A stretch of DNA of 64,000 bases from Cyanophora paradoxa CCMP329. Its lineage: Eukaryota; Plantae; Glaucophyta. The translations under genes were made by a program, and so were the position numbers. Below, one piece after another: positions 36,689-50,900 of the stretch. The stretch lies in NCBI GenBank assembly GCA_004431415.1, contig QPMI01000049.1, forward strand, positions 124,001 through 188,000. Direction: 5' to 3'. The stretch's first letter is position 1; each line of letters opens with the position of its first letter. The notes below the pieces were generated by a model. That model made no database searches. It saw only the letters and a list, made by a program, of their open reading frames with translations, and was not told where the DNA came from.

Positions 36689-37064
36689 GGCGGGCCCACG
36701 CGCGACTTTCCCCCTTCACCCCCCGTCTCCGCCCCCTTTCGCTGCTTCATCCCCCATCTCCGCCCCCTCAGGGCCATTCGCTGCTTTTATTCCGCCTGTA
36801 TACGTAAATTATACCTGCAGCCAGCTAGCGGTGCTTTGCATCGCGCCATCGAGCTCGCCCGTCCGACGTTCTTCGTCCCTCCGAACTCGTGCCACGCGCA
36901 AGAAAGATCTGAAGGCGGCTATTGCGTGGAATCAACGGACTCCGGGAATCTCAATTCACTGCAAAGGAAGAATATCTATCTATCTAGTACGTACAAGACC
37001 CCGGTTTGGGGGGGCGCGCGGCTTTGAAAAAGAAGGAACATCCTGCCTACAGCTCTCCACCGGG

Positions 37065-38650
37065 CTACGCTGTTACAGGCGCCGCGGGAGGGGCCGCCTG
37101 TTGCTCGGCTGCTGGTGCTGCGTGCGCTGGCCGCGCGGGGTGGTGGTGCCTCTTCGTGCCCGGGGAGACGCCCGGCGAGTTCTGCGCGTAGGGCGCGCCG
37201 GGCGGGGGCCTCCTGGGCGTGCCCTCATCCTGCGGCTGCTGCTGCCGCCTCGCCTGCTCCGCGTGCATCGCCTGCGCCTTGCGCCCGCCATACAGGCCCT
37301 TGTGCATGCCGTAGAACCGGTCCTCCGGGTCCGACCCGGGCGGGTCCGGCGGGAGCGCCCTGTGCTCGTCCGGCGGCACGTAAGCCTTGATGCTCGGCTT
37401 GAAGGGGTGCGGCGGCCTGCGCGCCCTCCGAGTGAGCGGAGCGGGCGGGCGAGAGGGCGCCTTTCCTGAGCACCTTCGCTGGCGCTCGGCCTCCTCCTCC
37501 TTGGCCCGCATGCGCTCGAGCTCGTCGTAGTAGAGCCGCTCGCAGTAGCTGCGCCGGTCCTTCGCCTTGAAGCGCGTCGCCCGCGCCACCGACTGCCGCG
37601 GCGTCGGCGTCGGCGTCGTCGAGCCGCCCCTCCGCGGCGGCGGCTGCGGCGCGTGCTCGTCCGCCCCGCCCCGCGCCGCCCCGGGCTCGCTCCGGCTCGA
37701 CGTCGCCCCCGCGCTCACGGCCGCGTGGTACGCCTTCTCGGGGTCCGTCTCGTGCCCGTTTGCGGCCTGCTCGCCGCCCTCCTCGTCCCCGTCGGCCTGC
37801 CACCGCGCGACGAACGCCTGCGACGCCTTGCTGATCTTGGGCAGGAACGAGCACGCCTCCATCAGCTTCTGCATCCTCTGCGGGGCGCGCCTCAGCGGAC
37901 GCGCGCGCGCGCCGGGGCGCGAGGGCGCGGCGCCGCACCTCCTCGCGCAGGTGGTTCAGCTTCTCCTGCTTCTTCTGCTGGTACTCGAGCTCCGCCTGGT
38001 ACAGCCGCGCGCCGTACGGGCCCTCCCCCGGCCGCTCCACTGACCTCGACGCGCGCGGGCTGCGCGGGCAGGCGCCGTCGGCGGGCGCGCCAGCAAGCCT
38101 GGGACGCCCGGGGGCACCTGATCTGGGGCGCGAATGTGAAGTTGGCCTCCTCGTAGTGTCTCCTGCCCTTCCCCTCCGGCCGCGGCGCCTCCGGCGGGTG
38201 CGGCGTCTTCGGCGGCAGCTTCCCCCCGTTCTTCTCGCTTAGCTGCAGCGGGGCGCGGGCGGACGTCAGTTGCCGGCCACAGCTGGCCACGGGACCCGCA
38301 TGACGCACTGCGCCCTCCAGCTTCCGCAGCTGCTTCTTCAGGAGCTTGATCTGGGTGTCCTTGTCGATCACCGTGATCCTTAGCATCTCAATCTCGTGGT
38401 CCCGCTCCAGCAGGGCGCGCCGCAGCCGCGAGACCTGCTCTGTCGGATCATCCTCCGGTTCGGCCGGTATGTCGCTCTCTATGTCCAGCCCCGTGAGGAA
38501 CGTGGACTGCGGCTGCTGCTCTGCCTGCGCGACGCTGCTGACAAGCTCCTCCAGAGCGTCGAGGACCACCTCCTCGATGTCCCCGTCGCCCTCTGTGACA
38601 TGATTATGCTCTAATAGCTCTTTCGTTGATAGGCTGCTTAGAGCCACCAT
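37065..38650 (-). CDS. Hypothetical coiled-coil protein with repeated (E/A)RLY...FxPxI motifs, possibly microtubule/cilium associated
   Basis: ANFTFAPQI, ARLYQAELEYQQKKQEKL..ACSFLPKIS, ERLYYDELER..HPFKPSIK, DRFY; coherent GT-AG splicing. Confidence 0.6.
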
Positions 38651-38917
38651 CGTCTGGCTCGCTGCGTTGCAACTCGCTTAGTTTGGCTTGCCCGGGTACA
38701 GTCGTGTAAGAGTGCAAGACGAGTTGGGCGCCCAGAGATCAGGCAGCAGAGACCCGCAGTGCATGAGCAGACAGACACGCTAGCTTGGCATCTGCGCGGA
38801 GTCACTGTGCCGGCGCCTAGGCCCGGCCGGTAGGCGGCAGGGTGCGGCTTGCACGGCCCCGCTAGCTGCGCGTTGCCTGGGCTCGTTTCCTGACTGTTCG
38901 AGCGGTGCATTGTGCAG

Positions 38918-41900
38918 ATGAGGCTCATCGATGATACCCGCATCCAGTGGATCGAGGAGAAGACATGCGCGGGCCTCGAGGTAAAGCGGGAGGCGTTCCG
39001 CTCCTTTCTGGAGCGGGACAACGAGGTGTACGGGCAGCAGCTGAAAGACTTCATCAACAACAACATCGCGGAGACCGCCGTACTCTTCTACACCGTGGAA
39101 GAGGAGGTGATGGTCGACGTTGAGGAAGAAGTCGATGCGCCGCCCACGCCGCCGCGCGAGCGAGGAGAAGGCGAGGACGGGCAGCTGGTGGATGGCCAGG
39201 AGGGCGCTCCGCCGGCGGAAGGAGGCGAGTCGAGCTCGCCAGCACCCCCACAGGAAGGCGAGGAGCCGAAGCCAGCAGCGGAGGGGGAGGCGCAGGCAGC
39301 GCCTCCCACGGCGAGCACGCCGCAGCCTCCAGCCGAAGGCGAGGCCGCACCGCCTGCGGAAGGCGAGGCGAAGCCCGCGGAGGGCGAAGCCGCTCCTGCC
39401 GCGGAAGGCGAGGCGAAGCCCGCAGAGGGCGAGGCCGCCCCCGCTCCCGCCGATGGCGAGGCCAAGCCGGCGGAGGGCGAGGCCGCTCCCGCTCCCGCCG
39501 AGGGCGAGGCGGTGGAGGGCGAGGAGGGCGCCGAGGCCGTCGAGGTCCGCCGCGCCGCGCCGCTCGCCCGCTTCCTCTAGCTAACCCTGCCGCAGGCGCC
39601 GCCGCCGCCGCGCCGGAAGATCAAGCAGATCGTGCAGGTGAAGGTCCTGCAGCAGAAGCTCATCATGTGCCTCCAGCAGCTGCCGGAGAACGTGGCCGAG
39701 CTCCGCGCGATGTACATAGTTAGGAACGCGAGCGAGCCCGTGCCCATCCCAAACAGCGACGACCCTGAGAGTGCGCGCCCCGCCCCCTCTTCCTTTTCCG
39801 CTCCTTATTCCGGCCGGCCCGAGCAGCGGTCGACAAGATCCTGTCCGCCGCGATCGACTACGGCCTCCTGGCCGGCCACTCCCTCGTCATGCTCGAGCAG
39901 GTCGGCTCCGCTCCCGCTTCCTTCCCCCGTCTTCTCCTCTCGATTCGCCGGGCGCTGAGCGGCGGCACAGGTCATCTCCGAGGTCTTCCTGCCGCTGCTC
40001 TCCTCGATCCACTCGACGAAGAGCGCGAAAGACCTGCAGGCGGCGGCGCTGCCGCCGGTCGCCTCCCCGGGCGGCGGCAACGCGCCGCCCCCGGGCGAGC
40101 AGCAGGTCCACATCTCCGACTCGCTAAGAGGAGAGTTCCTCGGGAGTGCGCCCCGCCCCGCCCCGCCCCGCCCCGCCGCCCGCGCCCCGCCGCCCGCGCC
40201 CCGCCCGCCGACCCGCCCGCCTGACGGCCCTCGTCGCAGACCTGCAGAAGTTCGCGTCGCAGATCACGCACGCGATCCAGCAGGTGAACGGCGACGTGCG
40301 GCTGAACATCCCGAACATCGTGATCGACAAGCCGAGCGACTACCGCGACAACGAGGAGATGGTCGCCGAGCTCGAGAAGGCCCTCGAGGAGTGGACGCCC
40401 GCCATCGCCTCGGTCATCGAGCAGCAGCTCCAGAAGAAGCCCCTGGGCAAGGTCCGCCTGGCTACCGGGCCGCCCCGCCCGGGCGCGTCGTCCGACCCGG
40501 CGTGCCTGCGCCCGCAGGGCCCGCTGGCCGAGATCGAGTTCTGGCGGGACCGCAACGCGGCGCTCTCGACGCTGTACGAGCAGCTGAACCTGCCGAACGT
40601 CAAGAAGATGCTCGAGGTCGGCCCCGCCGCCCCCCACGCCCCAGCCCGCGTGAACCGCCGCCGCCGTTTCCTGACCGGCGGCCCCGGCCTCGCCCGCAGG
40701 TGCTGGAGATGAACGACTCGCAGCTGCTGCCGGGCTTCAAGTACCAGATGGGCGAGCTCATGAAGTACTACATCGAGGCCAAGGACAACGTGAAGTTCCT
40801 GACGACGCTCGAGCGGCACTTCAAGAACATCTCGGGGGGCAACCTGACGATCATCATGGACACGCTGCCCTCCATGATGAACGCCATCCGCATGGTGTGG
40901 ATTATCTCCCGCCACTACAACACCGACGAGCGGATGGTACCCCTCATGGAGCGCATCGCCGACGACATCGCCGACAAGGCCCGCCCCGCCCCGCCGCACT
41001 ATGAACCCGGCCGGCCTGGCTGACGCTTCTTCTCGTCGCGTGCGTGCAGGTGGCGGCGCAGATCAACGTGCGCGCGATCTTCAAGCAGCGGCCCGTGGAC
41101 GCGATGAAGCGCATCGCCGAGGGCCGCCAGACCCTCGAGAAGTGGAAGGACGTGCGCGCCGCCCCTCCCCCCGCCCCACGCCCCACGCCCCGCCCCACGC
41201 GCCGCGCCCCAAGCCCCGTCGCCCCCGGCGGCCCGCGCCTCACGCCCCGCGCCCCCGCTGCTGCGCAGACGTACTTCGCTGTGCGCGAGAAGATCGAGCA
41301 GTCGGGGCGCGACCAGCGCTGGGAGTTCGACAAGAAGCGGCTCTTCGACCGGACGAGCTACATGAGCGCGCGCTGCGCCGACCTCTACGAGGTGGCCCAG
41401 GTCCTCGACCACTTCCAGAACATTCTCGGGCAGGAGCTCAAGGGTGCGCCGCCCGCCCCGCCCCGCCCCGCCCCGCCCCGCGCGCCCCGCGCCTCACGCT
41501 CGCCCGCTCGCTCGCAGCGGTGACGGGCGACGCGCTGGGGATCGACGAGGTGATGCGGCGCGTGGAGCAGCTGGTCGTGCCGCTCGAGAACGTCCCCTTC
41601 GACATCTTCGACAAGCGGTACCAGCCGAACTGGGAGGCCCAGATGTCCAAGTTCAACGACAACGTGGCGCTCATCGAGGACATGACCAAGTCGTTCATCA
41701 ACGCCTCCTTCAAGAAGCTGCGCTCCGCCGAGGGCGCCTTCGAGCTGCTCCAGAACTTCAAGAACATCCAGAGCCGCGACGCCATCAACAAGCAGATGAT
41801 GGAGAAGTTCACCGACATCCTCATCCAGTACTCCAAGGAGGTGCGACCCGATCCGGCCCCAACGCCTCCAGTCGAAGCCGGCTGACTCCGCCCGGCCCCG

Positions 41901-44900
41901 CAGGTCGACATGGTGAAGGAGATCTTCGAGGCGCACCGGGACAAGCCGCCCGTCACGAAGAACCAGCCGCCGATCGCCGGCGCCATCTCCTGGTCCCGTT
42001 CCCTCTTCTACCGCATCAAGAAGACCATCATCCGCTTCCAGGAGATGGAGGGTGCGCGCCCGCGGCGCCGCGCCGCCCGGCGCTGCCGCTGCGGCGTCGC
42101 TGACGGCGCCGCGCGCAGATATGATGGCGAGCGAGGAGGGCAAGGCGGTGACGAAGAAGTACATCGCGGTCGCGAAGGCGATGAAGGAGTACGAGACGAA
42201 GCTCTTCAACGAGTGGAAGACGGACGTGGACCAGACGGCGATGGTGCACCTCAAGGCGGCGCTGCTCCGCCGCGAGGCCGAGGGCCGCTTCGTCGTCAAC
42301 TTCCACCCCGACCTCACGCGCCTCATCCGGGAGACCAAGTACCTGGACCGCATGGGCTTCGCGGTCCCCGAGACGGCGCTCAACGTGACGCTCCAGGAGG
42401 AGAAGTACCACCAGCACGTCGAGGGCCTCAAGGTCATGCTCGAGAACTACCACACGGTCGTCTCGCACCTGGCGCCGGCGGAGCGGAAGCTGCTCTCACG
42501 CAAGGTCAAGGACCTGCAGGACAAGACGCTGCACCAGGGCGAGACGCCGCTCAACTGGAACTCGCTCGGCATCGCCGACTTCATCCTCAACTGCAACAAG
42601 GCGATCAACGACTTCCACCAGATGGTGAACCAGATCCAGAAGAACGCGGCGAACATCCAGATGGTCGTCGACACGATGGCGGAGGCGGAGCTCGTCAAGT
42701 CGGCCAACGCGGCCGGCGGCAGCGCCGAGCCGCTGGACGTGCAGGAGCTCTTCGACGAGATGGAGAAGAACCGCAACGAGGTCGTCGACGCCCTCTTCAA
42801 GAAGTACCAGACCATCGGCCCGCTGCTCGGCAAGATCGAGGAGCAGGTCGCCAGCACGAACAGCGGCAAGAGCGAGCAGATGCGGGACTACTACCTCCAC
42901 TGGGAGCGCAAGCTCTTCCGCGCCCTCACGCAGATGGTCGCCAGCGGCCTCCAGTCCTTCTACAAGATGGTCCACGCCAAACGCGGCGAGACGCGCATCC
43001 CGCCCCTCTTCAAGGTCACCGCCTCCCTCTCGGCCCCCGAGGTGCGACGTGGCTCCTCGTGCCGAACCTCGCCCCGCTCTCCGGTCGGCTGAGCCGCCGC
43101 CGCCGGGCAGGTTATTACTTCCCCCTCGGACCCGGAGATCCAGAAGATCATGACCAAGTTCACGAAGAACATCGTGGAGAGCTCGAAGCGATTCGTGCGG
43201 TGGAAGAACGGGTCGTGCCTGCCGTGCCCGCCGCAGCAGCTGCCCGACGAGGACGAGCCCTTCGTCTTCTCCTTCTACCCCGACATCCAGCAGAACCCCT
43301 CCATCGTCAAGATGCTCCTCACCCTCAACCACGTCATCCAGAAGGCCTTCTCCGCCCTCAAAAAGTATCTCGACTCCTGGCGCAAGCACGACTCCCTCTG
43401 GAAGATGGACAAGAACCAGACCGTGCGCGGAATCAAACCCTCGACCCCCCTCGCCTCCGCTCGCGCCGCGTCTGGCTGACGGCGGCCGCGCAGATCGACA
43501 AGTTCGTGCAGAAGGACCCGCAGAAGAACCCGTCGGTGGTGGCCTTCGACGCCAAGCTGGCGTACTACGCCAAGTTCGCGCGGGAGGTCATGAACATGCC
43601 GGGGGAGACGGACGTCGCCTTCATCCGCGTCTCCATCTACCCGCTGCAGGCCGCCATCAAGTCCGAGGCGGACACGTGGTGCCAGGTCCTCGGCAAGGTC
43701 CTCAACGAGGGCGTCCGCACCCGCCTGCACGCGCTCGAGGACCGCATCGGGCGGCTCAACGAGAACCTGCACCGGTCGCCGAGCACGCTGGAGGACCTCA
43801 AGTTCGTGCTCAAGGTCATCGAGGAGATCGTCTCGAGCTCGATGGACACGGAGATCGAGTACGTGGACATCGAGGAGCGGTACCGGACGATGCGCCTGTA
43901 CGGCATCGAGGTGGCGGACCCCGAGGAGGTCCGCCTCGCCGACTCGATCCGCGCCAACTGGGAGGGCCTCGTCGCCGAGGCCCGCCGCGTCGACGAGGAG
44001 CTCATCCCCGTCAAGGACCAGTTCCGCGAGGTCACCATCAAGCAGGTCCGACCCGCTTTCTCCCCGAGCGGTTGCGCGGCGCCGTCGTCCTGACCCGTTT
44101 CTCTCTCTCAGGTCCGGGACTTCTCGATCTCGCTGGGCGTGCTGCTCCGGCAGTTCCAGGAGACGGGCCCCGGCGTGGCCGGCATCGACATGGACCACGG
44201 CCTGGAGCTGATGACCAAGTACCAGAACGAGCTCCTCACGCGCAACAAGGCCCGCGAGGAGCTGGTCATGGCCGAGAAGCTCTTCGACCTGCCCATCACG
44301 TCGTACCCGGACCTCGTCCACCTCGAGACCGAGATGCGGAACCTGGACGGCATCTACAAGCTGTACGCCGACGTGAAGGAGAACATCAAGAGCTGGTCGG
44401 GCATGCTCTGGGCGGAGCTCGACATCAGCGTCCTCAACAAGGGCATGGAGGCCCTCGTGCTCCGGCTGCGCAAGCTGCCCAAGGAGGTCCGCGCCATGTC
44501 GGTCTACAAGCAGGTCGAGGAGAAGATCAACGGCTTCAAGGAGTCGGTCCCGCTCATCGAGAACCTGAAGAACGACGCGCTGCGCGAGCGCCACTGGAAG
44601 CGGCTCATGAACGAGACGGGCCAGACCTTCGAGATGAACCCGAAGACGTTCACGCTGGAGAACCTCTTTGCGATGCACCTCAACAAGTACGCCGACATCA
44701 TCGCGGACATCACGACGTGCGCCTCGAAGGAGCTCCAGATCGAGTCGGGCATCAAGAACGTGGAGGACACGTGGAAGGCGATGAAGTTCGAGCTCTTCCG
44801 CTACATCAAGGGCACCGAGGACCGCGGCAACATCCTCAAGGTCCGATCCGCTCTCCGCCGAGCGCGTCGCCGTTTCCAACGCTGACTTCCGTTCCTTCCG

Positions 44901-47900
44901 TTCGCAGAGCACGGAGGAGGTCACGGTGACGCTGGAGGACAACATCATGAACCTGCAGTCGATGTCGGGCTCGCGGTTCGCGCAGCCGTTCATGGAGGAC
45001 ATCCACCGCTGGGAGAAGCGCCTCTCGATGATCGGGGAGGTCACGGAGGCGTGGATGCAGGTCCAGCGCAAGTGGATGTACCTCGAGTCCATCTTCGTCG
45101 GCTCGGACGACATCCGGCTCCAGCTCCCCGAGGAGGCGAAGCGCTTCGACCGCATCGACAAGACCTTCAAGAAGCTCATGACGGACACGTCCAAGAACCC
45201 GAACGTGCTCGAGTGCTGCACGGTGGACGGGCGCCTGGAGACGCTCCACCGGCTCGCCGCCGAGCTCGACACGTGCCAGAAGTCGCTCTCGGACTACCTG
45301 GAGACGAAGCGGCAGGCCTTCTCCCGCTTCTACTTCATCTCCGACGACGAGCTGCTCTCCATCCTCGGCTCCTCCGACCCGGCCTCCGTCCAGGAGCACA
45401 TGCTCAAGCTCTTCGACAACGCCGCGGCGCTCGTCTTCGGGCGCAACAACAAGACGGTGGTGGGCATGAAGAGCTCGGAGAACGAGCAGTTCGAGTTCAA
45501 GACGCCCGTGGCGGCCGAGGGCCCCGTCGAGGTCTGGATGACCAACGTCGAGGCGGAGATGCGCCGCACGCTGCGCCTCATCATGAAGGAGGCCGTCTTC
45601 AGCTACCCGAAGAAGGACCGCCTGGAGTGGATCATGGAGAACCTGGGCATGGTCGGCATCTGCGGCGGGCAGATCTGGTGGACGTGGGAGGTCGAGGACG
45701 GCTTCCGCAAGGTGAAGGAGGGCCACAAGCACGCCATGAAGGACCTCAACTCGAAGCTGGGCGGCCAGCTGGACGCCCTCGTCGGCAAGGTCCGCACCAA
45801 CCTCTCCGGCCTCGAGCGCAAGGTCGTCAACACCCTCATCATCGTCGAGGTCCGCCGACCTCTCTGATGGATCGTTATTGTTTGGAGGCGCGCCTCTGAC
45901 GGGCGCGCGCGCGCGCAGGTGCACGCGCGCGACATCATCGACCGCTTCGTGCGCGACTCGGTGATGGACCACCGCGAGTTCGCGTGGGAGTCCCAGCTCC
46001 GCTTCTACTGGGACAAGGCGAAGGACGACGTGGTCATCCGGCAGTGCACGGGTGACTTCTCGTACGGCTACGAGTACATGGGCCTCAACGGCCGCCTCGT
46101 CATCACGCCGCTCACGGACCGCTGCTACATGACCCTCACCCAGGCGCTCACGTTCCGCCTGGGCGGCGCCCCCGCCGGCCCCGCCGGCACGGGCAAGACG
46201 GAGACGACGAAGGACCTCGCCAAGTCGATGGCGCTGCTCTGCGTCGTCTTCAACTGCGGCGAGGGCCTCGACTACAAGGCGATGGGCTCCATCTTCTCCG
46301 GGCTGGTGCAGACGGGCGCCTGGGGCTGCTTCGACGAGTTTAACCGCATCGAGGCGGAAGTGCTCTCCGTCGTCTCGGCACAGATCAAGACCATCCAGAA
46401 CGCGCTGCTGCAGGAGCTGCGCCGCTTCCAGTTCGAGGGGAAGGAGATCAACCTCGACCCGCGCTGCGGCATCTTCATCACGATGAACCCGGGCTACGCC
46501 GGCCGCACGGAGCTGCCCGACAACCTCAAGGCGCTCTTCCGGCCCGTCACGATGATCGTGCCGGACCTCGAGCTCATCTGCGAGATCATGCTCTTCTCCG
46601 AGGGCTTCAACACCGCCAAGCTCCTCGCCAAGAAGATGACGGTCCTCTACAAGCTCGCCAAGGAGCAGCTCTCCAAGCAGTACCACTACGACTTCGGCCT
46701 GCGCGCCCTCAAGTCCGTGCTGGTCATGGCCGGCGCCCTGAAGCGCGGGGCGCCGGACCTCTCGGAGGACCTCGTTCTCATGCGCGCGCTCCGAGACATG
46801 AACGCGCCCAAGTTCGTCTTCGACGACGTGCCGCTCTTCATGGGCCTCATCAACGACCTCTTCCCGGGGCTCAGCTGCCCGCGCGTCGGCTACCCCGACC
46901 TCAACGCAAAGATCGAGGAGGACCTGCGCGAGAACAACTTCAAGGTGCTCGCCGACCAGGTCGACAAGGTCGTGCAGCTCTACGAGACGATGCTCACGCG
47001 CCACACGACGATGGTCGTCGGCCCGACGGGCGGCGGCAAGTCGGTCGTCATCAAGACGCTGGCCAACGCGCAGACGAAGCTCAACCTGCCCACCAAGCTC
47101 TTCGTCATCAACCCGAAGGCGCAGACGGTGCTGGAGCTGTACGGCGTGCTGGACCCGGCGACCCGCGACTGGACGGACGGGCTCCTCTCCAACATCTTCC
47201 GCGAGATGAACAGGCCGCTGCCCAACCCGGACAAGCCCGAGCGGCGCTACATCGTCTACGACGGCGACGTCGACGCCGTCTGGGTCGAGAACATGAACTC
47301 GGTGATGGACGACAACAAGCTGCTGACGCTGCCCAACGGCGAGCGCATCCGCCTGCAGCCGCACTGCGCCATGCTCTTCGAGGTGTCGGACCTGCAGTAC
47401 GCGAGCCCCGCGACGATCTCCCGCTGCGGCATGGTCTACGTCGACCCGAAGAACCTGGGCTACTCGCCCTTCTTCTGGAAGTGGTGCAACCAGCGGCAGA
47501 AGGCCGAGGCAGAGGTGCTGCAGATGCTCTTCGACAAGTACGTCCCGCGCTGCATCGACTACCTCATCGAGGGCCTCATCGACGGGGAGTACCTGGAGAA
47601 GCCCAAGTTCATCATCCCCCTCACGAACCTCAACCTCGTCCGCCAGGTGCGGGCGGCGTGGGCGACCTCTCCGCGAAGGCGATGCCGCCTCCGCAGCGTT
47701 CTGACCCGCCCGCGGCCTTCGCCCCCCGCAGATGTGCCGCATCCTGGACTCGCTGCTGACGGAGGAGAAGAACATCTCCGACCCGGCGGCCATCGAGTGC
47801 ATCTTCGTGTGGGCGGTCATCTGGGGCCTGGGCGGCGCCCTCTCGGAGGAGTCGCGCGGCAAGTTCGACGCCTTCGTGAAGCGCCGCTCGGAGCTGGCCG

Positions 47901-50900
47901 TCATCGAGTCGAAGGACGTGGCGGTGGGCACGGGCCAGCTCCCCGCCGGGTTCCCGACCCTCTACGAGTACTTCTTCGACGACAAGCTGTCGCTCTGGAA
48001 GCCCTGGACGTCCATCGTGCAGGACTACGAGCCGCCGGCGGACCGCAAGTTCTCCCGCATCCTCGTCCCCACCGTCGACACCGTCCGCAACACCTTCCTC
48101 CTCGACATGATCGTCCGCATCGGGAAGCCCTGCCTCTTCGTCGGCGAGTCGGGCACGGCGAAGACCGTCAACGTGCAGAACTACCTGGCGAAGCTGGCGC
48201 CCGACAAGTTCCAGCTCCTCACGCTCAACTTCTCGAGCCGCACGACGTCGCTCAACGTGCAGCGCATCCTCGAGGACAACGTGGAGAAGCGGACGAAGGA
48301 CAGCTACGGCCCGCCCAGCGGGAAGCGCATGATCGTCTTCATCGACGACCTGAACATGCCCCTCGTGGACACGTACGGGACGCAGCAGCCGATCGCGCTC
48401 CTCAAGCTGCTGCTGGAGCGCGGCGGCATGTACGACCGGAGCAAGGAGCTCACGTGGAAGTTCCTGCGCGACGTGCAGTTCGTGGGCGCCATGGGCCCGC
48501 CCGGCGGCGCGCGCAACCCCGTCGACCCGCGCTTCATCTCGCTCTACACGGTCTTCTGCATCGCGTTCCCGTCGACGGATTCGCTCCAGCGCATCTACTC
48601 GCTCATCCTCTCCAAGCACCTGGAGGCCGGCACCTTCTCGGGCGAGATCAAGGAGGTGGGCGAGAAGCTGACGGAGGTCACCCTCAAGCTCTACTTCTCC
48701 ATCGTGGCGGCGATGCCGGCGACGCCGGCCAAGTTCCACTACATCTTCAACCTGCGCGACCTCTCCCGCATCTACGAGGGCATGTGCCTCTCCACGCCCG
48801 ACAAGTTCACGACGGGCGCGCAGTTCGTCCGCCTGTGGCGCAACGAGTGCCTCCGCGTCTTCCACGACCGCCTCATCAACCAGGAGGACAAGACCTGGAT
48901 GATGAACCGGATCGCGGAGCTGATCAAGGAGACGTACCCGTCGGCGGCGGAGACGGCGCTGGTGGACCCGATCCTCTTCGGCGACTACCGCAACATGAGC
49001 AACGACGACGCGCGGCTGTACGAGGACCTGGAGAGCTACCCGGCCATCAAGACGCTCTTCGAGGAGTGCCTCGAGAACCACAACATCACGCACAAGCCCA
49101 TGAACCTCGTCATGTTCGAGGACGCCCTGGAGCACCTCACGCGCATCGAGCGCGTCCTCCGCCTGCCCCGCGGCAACTGCCTCCTCGTCGGCGTGGGCGG
49201 CTCGGGCAAGCAGTCGCTCACGCGCCTCGCGGCCTTCGCCGCCGGCTGCAGCGTCTTCGAGATCACGCTCTCGCGCGGGTACGACGAGCCGCAGTTCCGC
49301 GAGGACCTCAAGAAGCTGTACACGATGCTGGGAGCGGAGAACAAGTCGGTGGTCTTCCTCTTCACGGACGCGCACGTGGCGCAGGAGGGCTTCCTCGAGC
49401 TCATCAACAACATGCTGACGTCGGGCATGGTCCCCGCCCTCTACAGCGAGGACGAGAAGGACCCGCTCATCAACTCGGTGCGGGAGGAGGTCGTCCGCAA
49501 GGGCGTCTACGACAGCAAGGAGAACTGCTGGAACTACTTCGTCAACCGCTGCCGCGACAACCTGCACATCGTGCTCGCCATGTCGCCCATCGGGGAGACG
49601 CTGCGCCGGCGCTGCCGCAACTTCCCGGGCCTCGTGAACAACACGGTCATCGACTGGTTCACGGCGTGGCCCGAGCAGGCGCTCATCTCCGTCGCGACGG
49701 TCTTCCTCGAGCAGGAGGACCTGCCGGTCGAGATGCGGCCCGAGATCGTATCGCACATGGTGCTGGTGCACGAGACGGTGGCGCGCAAGTCGGTGCAGTT
49801 CCAGGAGCAGCTGCGGCGCGTCAACCACGTGACGCCCAAGAACTACCTCGACTTCATCCAGAACTACCGCAAGGGCCTCCGCGAGAACCGCAAGCTCGTG
49901 TCGGACCTGCGCAACCGGCTGGACGGGGGCCTCCAGAAGCTCGTGCAGGCGGCGAAGGAGGTCGAGATCATGTCCGTCTCCCTCGCCGAGTCCAAGATCG
50001 AGGTGGAGCGCAAGACGAAGGAGTGCAACGAGCTGATGGCCCAGATCACGGAGGCGACGTCGACGGCCGAGCAGAAGCAGGCGATCGCGAGCACGAAGCG
50101 CGAGGAGCTGGCCAAGGAGGTCGAGCGCATCGACATCGAGCGGAAGGAGGCGGAGCTGGCGCTGGAGGAGGCGATCCCCGCCCTCGAGAAGGCCGCCGAC
50201 GCCCTCAAGAACCTCGACAAGGCGCAGATCACGGAGATCCGCTCCTTCGCCAAGCCACACGTGCTCGTCGAGAAGGTCGCCGAGTGCGTCTGCATTCTGA
50301 ACCCGCTGCGGATCAACAAGCCGGAGATCTCGTGGAAGGGCGCCAAGGCGATGATGGCGGACACGAGCTTCCTCAACTCGCTGCTCGAGTTCGACAAGGA
50401 CTCGCTCACGGAGAAGCAGATGAAGCAGGTGAAGGAGTACTTCAAGGACCCCAAGTTCGAGCCGACCGAGATCAAGACGATCTCGATCGCCGGCGCCGGG
50501 CTCCTCACCTGGGTCGCCGCCATGGTCAACTACTACAACGTCTCCCGCGTCGTGGCGCCCAAGCGCGCCGCCGTCGCCAACGCGGAGAAGATGCTCAAGC
50601 AGAACCAGCGCGACCTCGAGAAGACGGAGCAGGAGGTGCAGGACCTGGAGAACCAGCTGCACAAGTTCCGCGAGATCCTCGCCCAGCAGACCCAGGAGCG
50701 CCAGGAGCTGCAGAAGAAGGCGCAGATCATGGAGCGGCGCCTGGAGGCCGCCAACAAGCTCATCTCGGGGCTCGGCTCGGAGCAGACGCGCTGGAACAAC
50801 GACATGCACGAGCTCGACGGGCGGCGCGTCCGCCTCGTCGGTGACTGCCTCCTCACGTCGTCGTTCCTGTCGTACATGGGCGCCTTCACCTACGACTACC

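Noticed and set aside
38660-38890. RFX X-box upstream of the dynein
   Set aside because: Only half-site matches (GTTGC), and RFX factors are not expected in this lineage.
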